From NCBI GenBank assembly GCA_951406725.2, contig OX597817.1, forward strand, positions 119,102,001 through 119,166,000: a DNA stretch of 64,000 nt, in the 5' to 3' direction. Below are positions 53,801 to 64,000 of this stretch, piece after piece. This stretch comes from Octopus vulgaris. Lineage: Eukaryota. Under the pieces are notes generated by a model, which saw nothing but the letters and a program-made list of their open reading frames with translations, made no database searches and had not been told where the DNA came from. A program made the translations under genes and the position numbers. Each line of letters opens with the position of its first letter. Positions within the stretch are counted from its first letter, which is position 1.

Positions 53801-54454
53801 CTTTCCTTGAATAAAAGTGTACTTAAACCTTGATACACTAAAACAAATCAAGGTATTCTAAAGGCTAAAGAAATGTTCTAGCATGTTACAATATTTTATG
53901 CTTTTGTTTTTAACCTTGAGTATCAAATGATTTCAAAAGACAAAAGGTATCTTTGCTCTTTTAATAAAAGTCATATCTGTAGCAACAGGAGTGCATTGTA
54001 AGAAATATTCTAAAGAAATATATTAAAATATGTGTGGGGAAGGAATTATTAAATGTACAATGAAATATCTGAAATACTATTTAGATAAATTACTTTAAAA
54101 TATTCTTTTAGTTCTTTTTATAATTTCCAACAAAATATGCAATTTGTTTCAATATCATTTCCCTTTTTTTTAAACTAGTTTTAGACCTTTGTTTAGCTTG
54201 CATTTTTCAGAGTTAAGAAACTTTTAAGACTTCTTTTCTTGCATTTCAACACAAGATAATTGTTAGCAAAATGGAATACAACACAGATAGAAAATTTGGA
54301 AAAAATTGTTTAGTTTAAATCGTGCATCTATCCAGTAAAACAGAAAAATATCAGCGTTTGAGTATCTTTACCTTTACCTTATTTTCAGTAATGATACTAA
54401 CTTGGGAAGACATAAAATACCCATAAAACTATGCATGTGTATGTGTATATAACT

Positions 54455-54585
54455 CTGTACAGTAGTTGGTATTAGGAAGGGCATCCAACCGTAAAGACCA
54501 TGCCAAAGCAGATAGTGGAGTCTGGTGCAGTCCCCTGGCTTGCCAGCTCCTGTCAAACGGATGTGAAATGATGATGATGATGATG
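54455..54585 (+). mobile_element. RTE-tail element fragment
   Basis: gttggtattaggaagggcatccaaccgtaaa..(gat)n. Confidence 0.65.
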
Positions 54586-55028
54586 ATACACACACATACA
54601 TATGGGTGTATAAAAATGGTTGCCCTACATACCATCATCCCCCCCAATTACCCAGCTTCCCCTCACTAGGACTATGCATGGGAGACTGTATTGTTTTACC
54701 CTCATCAGACTGTGCCCATTTTCCTGTCCTCTGTTCATATTTCCACTCCCCTTAATCATACCCTATCATTCATATCTTTCAGTTCACCTCATGTGATACT
54801 CACTTACTACTACCAATCACTCAGTTTTTGCTATTTTTCTCTCACTCTCATCCCCCACCCAACTTCTTCACCATCTCAACACCCTCTCATCTTCCTGGCC
54901 TACCCAACCATGCTCTTCTATACTTCTCTTCCAATGAATCTGTCAGAACCATTGCCAAGTTTATCAATTTTTGTTTCTTTCATGCTCCTTTTCCCCTCAC
55001 CTTTCACCCATATTCACTCTTAAAATGT

Positions 55029-55325
55029 GTGGAGGCACATGGCCTAGTGGTTAGAGAAGCAGACTCGCAGTCAAGGGATCGCAGGTTTGAATCTCAGACT
55101 GGGCGATGTGCGTGTTTATGAGCGAAACACCTAAGCTCCATGTGGCTCAAGCAGAAGGTAATGGCGAACTTCTGCTAACTTTTTCACCACAACTTTCTCT
55201 CACTCTTGCCTCCTGCATCTTGCAGCTCACCTGCAACAGACCGTCGTCCCATTCAGGTGGGGAACCTATATACCAAGGAAACCGGGAAACCAGCCCTTAT
55301 GAGCCAAGTGTTGCTTAAGAAGGAA
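55029..55325 (+). mobile_element. tRNA-Arg-like (OR-type) SINE
   Basis: Head nearly colinear with the 2631 copy; different 3' part. Confidence 0.75.
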
Positions 55326-56252
55326 CAAATTACTGTTCCTTCTAAAGGATGAAACAACCCTTAAAATGTGGAATAGCCTTAAAATGTGGATTTTGGTACA
55401 AGTCTTGGTAAGGCATTGTACTGAATGTGCTCCAGTTCATCTAGTTATCAAGGATATAAAATAAGTCATTTAGAAATGCTATTTGTGATAGACTGGTATC
55501 TTATTGAAGTTGAAAGTTACCACTTATCTGATTCATATCCTGATACCAGACATAAGTCCCAGCTCTCAGTAGCTCTTTAGGGATTGGGTGATGTTGCATT
55601 AGACTTTGATAAATCAATGATTTGAGATTGGAGGAGGAATGATTAGATTTAAAGAATGAATAAATGAATGACTGCAGCTTAGTTAACAGTAATAAAGATA
55701 AAGAAAACTAAAAAAAAAAAATATATAAGTAAAGATACTGCAAAGGAATTTATTTTTTAAAAAAGAAATAAAATTACTGGTTAATGAAAAGAGAATTTCT
55801 GGTGCAGTGGATACCTATATGAACATTCTATTTACTGAATGTAAAATATATGCTAAACAGTAAAATAAGAGGCAAAAAAAATAAATAATAAAAATATATT
55901 TAAAAGAAAAACTCTAGTAAATTCTATAGAGGTATAGTCCAAAAATAGATATTACTTGCCTCATGTTATGAGAATGTAAATTAAAAAAAACAAAAAAACA
56001 AGTTAAATTTAAAAAAAAAAAAAAAACCACAGAAAAAACTCAACAAACATAAAAATTTGAAGTCCTACCATATTCTTCTTATTCTAATTCTTTTTCTTAT
56101 TATTTGATATATTGCCTGCAAGCTCTTATAGTCTAATGGCTATTATTCTTATAATTTATTGTTCTTATTTCCCAGACAAATTTCCAATTAGTTTACAGTC
56201 AACAAGTATATTTTATTGATTACCATTTAGAAATAGTGGTGCACAAGTGAAT

Positions 56253-56275
56253 TCTTCTTCTTCTTCTTCTTCTTC

Positions 56276-56306
<31 letters not shown>

Positions 56307-56350
56307 TATTATTACTATTATTACTATTATTATTATTATTATTATTACTA

Positions 56351-56381
<31 letters not shown>

Positions 56382-56494
56382 TATTATTATTATTATTACT
56401 ATTATTATTATTATTATTACTATTATTACTATTATTATTTTTATTATTACTATTATTATTATTATTATTATTACTATTATTATTATTATTATTA
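56253..56494. repeat. (TTC)n(TAT/TAC)n microsatellite
   Basis: Visible directly. Confidence 0.95.
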
Positions 56495-56936
56495 GTTTTT
56501 GTTGTTGTTGTTCTGGTTTTGTTTTATTATCGTCTGTATTGTTTTAAGCATTATTTTATTTTAACTTTTTTTTTTACATTTTATGTTTTAGTATATATTT
56601 TTTTTGTTATTTTATTTGAAGTAGGAAGTGTTTTTGTTTTGTTTTTATGCTACTTTCCCTTGCTAGACTGCTCTGCTTTTCTAACAGTGGAGTAAAATGT
56701 CACTATTTTCCACTTTCATGAGTTATAATCACATGAAAACAAAGATAACCTCTCTTTGCATCTTTTAGGGTATATCTAGTAATTAGTGATGTGACATCTC
56801 TCTTCTGCTGGAAGCCAATGCTTGTTACTGTCATTCATCAACCATTTCAATATTATCATAAAGGACACATAAAAGACACTCAGTTCTGTCAAAGTCTGAA
56901 GATGAATTAGGAACTTTTTCCCACACATAATACTGA

Positions 56937-56967
<31 letters not shown>

Positions 56968-57003
56968 TATTATTATTATCATTATTATTGCTGTTGTTGT
57001 TAC

Positions 57004-57035
<32 letters not shown>

Positions 57036-57272
57036 ATTATTATAATTAATATTATTATTATCATTATTATCATCATCATTATTATCATCATTTCACAATA
57101 TAGACACAAAATATTGTTTTTTTTTTAATCTTTATCCTAACCGTCAAGACTAAAGAAAAGGCCTTATTCCTAATGTACCTTTCTAAAAATATGAGCTGTT
57201 CCAAAGAGGACAAATTTATGGAGCACTTGCATGTCTGTCTTGATGTCCAGCTATTCCAAGTGCTACAACAAG

Positions 57273-57474
57273 TCTTTTACTCTTTTATTTGTTTCAGTCA
57301 TTTGACTGTGGCCATGCTAGAGCACCACCTTTAGTTAAGCAAATCGACCCCAGGACTTAAGCTTAGAACTTATTCTATTGGTCTCTTTGCTGAACCACTA
57401 AGTTACAGGGACATACACACACCAGCATCAGTTGTCAAGCGATGTCGGGGGGAAAAACACAGACACACAAACAT

Positions 57475-57505
<31 letters not shown>

Positions 57506-57668
57506 CATATATATGATGGGCTTCTTTCAGTTTCCGTCTACCAAATCCACTCACAAGTCTTTGGTTGGCCCAAAGCTATAGTAGAAGACACTTGCTCAAG
57601 GTGCCATGCAGTGGGACTGAACCCGCAACCATGTGGTTCATAAGCAAGCTACTTACCACACAGCCACT
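57273..57668 (-). mobile_element. OK-like bipartite SINE
   Basis: Family match. Confidence 0.85.
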
Positions 57669-58338
57669 AGATATGCTAGATATGGCCAATTTGAATATAA
57701 AACATGTAGAATATTTGGGCCAGATATGGCTGGTGCAAATGCTAAAGAGTTAAACATGTAAAGAGGATATGACTGAGTTGACATTGTAATAAATTAACAA
57801 CTCATGAGTCATGATTTCAAATCTTAAGACATAATCACGTCTGTAACAGAATCCTTTCTTCTTTATGATACATGATGGGTTCCTATTTCTAACATGTTAT
57901 GCTACATGTTGAAATAGGAGCTATGAATATACAAGGTTACTTACTAAAGACTTCTGAAATGGCCTTACTTCAATTGATATGAAACATTATAAGAGACTTT
58001 ATTTTATTTTTTTTTTTTCAGTGTGTTTCACTGTAAAACTAGTACACTTCTGAGGATTGTATTTATCTCATATGAATCTAGAAGAGGAGGAGGTAATGTG
58101 ATACAGTAATCATGCTAAGTAAACAATATCTGCAAAACTGCTTCCAAATTTCCATTGTTACCATTTCATTTCTTATCATCTATGAATACAAGATCTCATT
58201 TCTATATCTTAAACTGAAGTTTTCCAAGAAGAAAACAAAAATAAACATGATTGAATTTCTCTAAAATCTATTAAATAAGTGAATAAACAAACAAAGTGTT
58301 TCTTAGAAATAGTAAGAGAACTTTCATCTAAAAATCAT

Positions 58339-58618
58339 TATGGCCTAGCAGTTAGGATGTTGCACTCATGATTGTGAGATCGCAATTTCAATTCCTAGAC
58401 CAGGTGGTACATTGTGTTCTTGAGCAAAACACTTCAGCTCACATTGCTCTGTGATCATTTTGACTCCCGACTCATGGTACACTGTGCACCTGTTGATTTG
58501 ATGGAGAGAGTAAATTAAGGTACAGCACATTAAGGTACAGATCATTATAAACAAATCACTGTGCAGGTTGTTCAGTAAAAGCTGAACACTCATATGCTGT
58601 CTTTGACAGGAGAGTTCA
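58339..58618 (+). mobile_element. tRNA-derived CORE-like SINE, diverged
   Basis: tggcctagcagttagg..ttcaattcc..tgtgttcttgagcaaaacactt. Confidence 0.65.
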
Positions 58619-58725
58619 ACTTATTATTATTATTATTATTATTATTATCATCATCATCATTATCATTATTATTATTATTATTATCATCATTATCATTATT
58701 ATCATTATTATTATTATTATTATCA

Positions 58726-58778
<53 letters not shown>

Positions 58779-58856
58779 TTATTATTATCCATTATTCAAC
58801 ATTTGGTAGTTCCAGGCAAGTTCTACTGCATCACCTGATACACCTGTGATGCTAAG

Positions 58857-58909
<53 letters not shown>

Positions 58910-58921
58910 GATGATCATCAT

Positions 58922-59130
58922 AAGAGCAATGAGCTGACAGAATCACTAGAGCATCAGAAAAAATACTTAGTGCTATTTCTTCCTTCATTTTACATCCTGA
59001 ATTTAAATTCTGCAAAATAAACTTACATCTATCCAGGGTCAAAAAAATAAGCTACAGACAAGTACTGAGATCACTGGTATTGACTACCCCTCCTCTCAAA
59101 ATTGTGATCCTTGAGCCTAAATCAGAAATC
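58922..59130 (+). mobile_element. Old Meta-family SINE downstream of (TTA)n
   Basis: gagctgacagaatc..aatttaaattc..cctcctctcaaaatt..ccttgagcctaaa. Confidence 0.55.
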
Positions 59131-59641
59131 ATTACTGTCTTACCATTAAGCATTCAGCTACACACACGAAAATATCTATATATTGTATTACTCTCAAGAG
59201 CTTTAATGAAAATTTCTGGCACCCTGCCCCTCTTTATTAATCAGAAGACAAGACAAAGTTTGCATTCACAGAATTCTTCTTCCTTCATTTACAGGACTCT
59301 TCGTCCATGATGTTGGACAAATCTAAAAATTTGGAAATCATCTTAATTTTATTAAACATGATCATTTGTTTGCATCTTTTCCAGACTTCGCAGCTTCTTC
59401 TCCTTGGAGGAGAACCACTGATCTAGCTGACTACTGAATATCTTTATGAAAAGGCTGATAGTTAGTAAACAAATTTAATTATAAACTCTATTTATTACAT
59501 TGATAATGTATTCATCAAACCTAGATGCATGCAAAGCAAATCAGTGTTTAAACTATTATTTTTGTGGAATTACCTTTTAGCTTACTATGCTGTCCAGTCT
59601 GATGTAAACTGGCAGTAGACTGCAATCTAATCCTCTTTCCT

Positions 59642-60042
59642 CTTACTCTTTACTCTTTTACTTGTTTCAGTCATTTCGACTGTGGCCATGCTGGAACACC
59701 AGCTTTTAGTCGAGCAAATCGCCCCCAGGACTTATTCTTTGGAAGCCTAGTACTTATTCTATTGGTCTCTTTTGCTGAACCGCTAAGTTACGGTTGTCAA
59801 GCGATGTTGGGTGGACAAACACAGACACACATATATATATATACACACACACACACACATATATATATACATATATATGATGGGCTTCTTTCAGTTTCCG
59901 TCTACCAAATCCACTCACAAGACTTTGGTCAGCCCGAGGCTAAAGTAGGAGACACTTGCCCAAGGTGCCACGCAGTGGGACTGAACCCGGATCCATGTGG
60001 TTTGTAAGCAAGCTACTTACCACACAGCCACTCCCACACCTA
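59642..60042 (-). mobile_element. OK-like bipartite SINE
   Basis: Family match. Confidence 0.85.
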
Positions 60043-60254
60043 TGTATTTCTTATACAAATCCTTCTCCTCTAACCTGTTTAATGTACATGTTTGCTTCTA
60101 CATAGAATCAACTCGCCTCACCATTCAATGCTTACATTAGGATTTTAGTAACAACGACTTCTTACGTCTCAAAGACATTGGAGATTTATGCAAACAGTTG
60201 CTGATCCTTAACAAATGCAACCCACAGCTTGTATATTACCTTGCTTGAAAACAG

Positions 60255-60350
60255 ATGTGGGTTGGCAACAGGGAGGGCATTCTGCTGTAGAAAATCTGCC
60301 TCAACAAATTTCATCAGATCTATGCAAGCATGGAAAAGTTGATGTTAAAT
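60255..60350 (+). mobile_element. RTE-tail element fragment
   Basis: ggttggcaacagggagggcattctgctgtagaaa..agcatggaaaagttgatgttaaat. Confidence 0.55.
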
Positions 60351-63300
60351 TATCACGAGGCTTTACTACTTTTTAACTGACTAAATAGTAAAGCAATAAT
60401 GCATTTTATTCAGTGATTCAATGAGTAATGTATTTATTCATACAAAACTAACAAATTGTAAAATGGAGTTCGTCTTTTTTTTTTCTTTTTTAGCATGATG
60501 GGGACTCGATGTCTGTAAAAAATTTTAACCCAGTGTTTGTAATCTATGTGCTCAATTCCTTCCTTTATCAATTTGCTTGTTTACAATTAAGAAGACAGAA
60601 TAGAAAAGAAACAGATGACATATCATTAATTAGAATAATGTTATAGCCAGCTGAAACTTCTGTCATTCACATGAAGCGATAACATGCATGGAAGCCTATC
60701 AAATAGACAATGATGTGGGAAGTTTTTTTATGCAAAATGTTGAGAATAATGATATCACATAATTAGGCAATAGGTAAATATTTTATCTAACAAAATAAAT
60801 GTTAGAAGAGATAATTTTGAATTATTCATTATCTCTCATTAGATGTCTTTAATTTGACAAGAAAATAAAGCAATCTTGTGTTGCTGTCACCTGCTAACAA
60901 TTGATTTCTTTTCAAATTTAAGGTGGAACTTAGAATAAGAAAGCATATGGTTGGAATAGTTAGAACATAACCTTGGTTTATAAAATGAAATCTCACAGCT
61001 AAAACCATCATGTTCAAAGAATAATTTAAATGTTGCATGACCCCCCACCCACCACATAATACCACCAAAAGATAAACTCAGTATTCTGTGATCTAATGGG
61101 TTGATGTGATTCAGTTATATAATTCAAATATTAAAGAAAATAATTAGAAAAGAGAGGAAGCTGTCAGCAAGCGATGCTAATTCCTTTTTAATGGAATCAT
61201 GAGACACGTTAGTTACTGTTTATTGTCATATAAAGTTGATGTGAAAAACATTTCTCTGTGGAACAGAATAAGAGTCAAGTACTAGTTAATTCATTTGAGA
61301 GATTAACATCAACTTTACAGTTTGTTAGTTTAAGACAAATATAGTAAAAAAAAGAAAGAAATTGCTAATGTTCCCAGTAATAGAATGACAGTAGCATGGT
61401 AAAAACTTAAAAATCCATTGTTGAAGAGTGAAGCATTTTAAACAAAATATATACAAAGTATATACAAAAAACATGCATGCACATACACAAGGAAACATTT
61501 ATTTTATGATTTATATATTTTATGATTGCTCCCACATGTATACAAAATGCTGCACTTTTTTTATCCTCCTCTCTTTTCCTTTTATTTTTACAGTTTCTAG
61601 CATTAAATTATTTAAATTGAATTTGAACAGACAGGTGTTTATGCTGAAATATGCATGCATACTGTTTCCCCACATACATAGATGCACACTCAAACAGAAT
61701 TAAATAGTTTTATGATAAAAGTAAAATGGATTTGTCTATGGAATGTTCAGCAAATCTTCATGCAAATCATGTAAATCATGTAAATCTCTCTACTAGAATT
61801 AAACAGACCCCACCCTCACCTAAAAGCAATGATAATAAAATTAAACACTGTCAGAAATGATCCATAATGGTTTAATTTGATTAGTTTAAGATATTTGGAG
61901 ATTCACTGGAATGTTAGCAAAGAGAAATATAAATAAAACTTAACCTGGCATTATATTTTGACAGTAGTATGCACTACTGGCTTTTCAAGGCATGACTTGT
62001 ACACTTTATGTTTATGAGGAAGACCAAAAGTTGTTGTGGTTCAAAATCTGACAGTGTCTTTATGTACTTTACAACAGATTTGACTTTAATCTCTGTGGTT
62101 TAAACAAAAATAAAATAAAAGTAAAGCAGGCTCAGAATTTAAAATCCCTAACAATTCTATTTAAGATTAATCAACAACAGAGACTTGATGGAAACACTTA
62201 CTCTGCTAAAAACAGAAGCCAGATTCCATTAAATCACACAATACCATCATAAATAAAGTGAAAAACGACATAGATAAACACAATAAGATGGGTTGGTTAA
62301 AACCTGAATTCTTTAATTTCGTCTAACCTGGTGTTAAACAAAACAACTTTAAAAGGAGTGTAGAAGCTAGAATATGCAAGGGGACAATATATAGAACACT
62401 TAAGGGTTCAATGAAATCGTTTGCATTTTATGTTTATTTATAAAAAAAAATTCCAATTGTTAAAAAACTGGTAAATGCACATTATTAATTGCAAATTGTA
62501 GAAAAGCAATCCAACTGAATTAAACATGCATGGCAACATGTCTGAAGCATATTTCAATGCATCCAGAACAGGATGTAACTCTAATATAATCAAATAATTC
62601 TCACCTAAATTAAACATGTGCTATCAACCAATTACAAGCTTAGAGAAAAAGTAATACAAAGATGACTGGGTGAGAGGATGAATAGGAAGCTTATTCAATC
62701 AAATGCTGTTTTGCCTAGTTAATTCACTTAGCTCTAGTTACACAAAAGAACACAAAGACTGGAACAGAAATCAATGACAGAGTAAGTTTGCATTTCTGTG
62801 CTTCTGATTGGGATACAATACATACATAAACACACACGCACGCACAAACACACACACATACACATACACACATATTGTGGTGATATAGCTTCAATCTACA
62901 AATCTTTCTCCTCACAGGTAACATAAAGTGCACTAAGCAATGCCTTTGAAAATCAGCAGCACATGCCACTGTCAAAACATATTGCCAGAATCGGTTTTCT
63001 TCTTAGAGACATCTGTCTCGCTCTTTTTTTTTTTCTTTTTGTACACACTGTGCCAAATTTTTAACTTTCTTATCTATCGGATTCCTCAGGTATGACTGAA
63101 AAGAGGAAACAAAATTCAAATCAGAGTTACTGATGTTTCAACTGTGAATGAATGAGTAACCTTATTTATCACTTTCAATAAGAATATATGTGTACAATAA
63201 TGTTGTACAGTGGTAAGTTCTCAATAGGATGTAATTTTTTAGCTTGCATTTTCAGGCTAAACATCTCTCAGTTATTTAACTGAATTCAAATGAGAGAAAA

Positions 63301-64000
63301 ATTAAAGCTCAAATATTAGTGAAAAAAAATGTCCAATAAAGAACTGATTAAAAACTATTGAATTCTAAGAATAAAAGAGCTTGCAAACATTACAGGAAAT
63401 TGTTAAAGCAGGGAACTCCTTCACAGAGAGTAAATGTACAAAGGCATGATGAATGTGTGTATGTATACAGGATTGCAGAGATTAGGGAATATTTAAGAAA
63501 GCTGGTTTAGCATGCATAACTGCTCAAAAGGTTGCTGTGTTGGCATTTCTACCAATTTAATTGATCAGTTAAAGTAATAAGGCAATAAATTCTGGTTTTA
63601 TAATTTAAGTATAGATAAAATCACTGAAAACCAACTTATCCTATATATTAGATAAAATCTTGATAAAATATAAATAAAAACTTGATAATTAATAAATTAT
63701 TGGAAAATTTGTTAGCAAGTGCTCCAATGGGGAGAAAAGCTACACAAATACACTAATAAAAGACTTAGATTATAGCTTTGAATTTGGCATAACAAATTGA
63801 GTGTCCATTTATACAACTGGGTTAGTTTTATACAATGTGCATTTCAGCAGCTGGTGCCAAAACTCTGAGAAGAAAAAGTGTTGCAATAGATACCCTGGAA
63901 TAATTTATCAGAATACATAATCAAACACCTTTCAATCATACCACAGTAAGTGTTCTGTAGCATAACTTTAAAAATTATGAATATCATATCAGCACTAGTT

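Noticed and set aside
59200-59460. Possible exon with + acceptors near 59294 and 59384
   Set aside because: Stops in all three + frames after the 59384 acceptor, a weak donor, and no recognisable product.

Overview
AT-rich, microsatellite-dense animal genomic DNA. The repeat families (tRNA-derived OK/OR-like and Meta-domain SINEs, R4/Dong LINEs, Naiad-type Penelope elements) point to an octopus or other coleoid cephalopod; this is an inference, no search was run. There is no intact protein-coding gene, and most listed ORFs are translations of (TA)n/(AAT)n/(CA)n tracts. The real coding remnants are mobile-element fossils: two back-to-back Penelope-like GIY-YIG endonucleases (0.5-1.6 kb), five distinct R4/Dong 3' ends nested in (AAT)n arrays (6.4-15.5 kb), a decayed Gypsy pol (12-13.2 kb) and an RTE fragment (41 kb). 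The most striking structure is a ~11-kb (AAT)n-anchored retroposon nest. In it, R4/Dong LINEs and an unnamed ~560-bp head-less element always lie on the AAT strand, while Meta-type SINEs always lie on the ATT strand. Also present are near-perfect hairpins, a 1.3-kb long-TIR foldback element, a CpG-retaining promoter-like island with adjacent CCAAT and CRE near 39.4 kb, and several unverified small-exon candidates.
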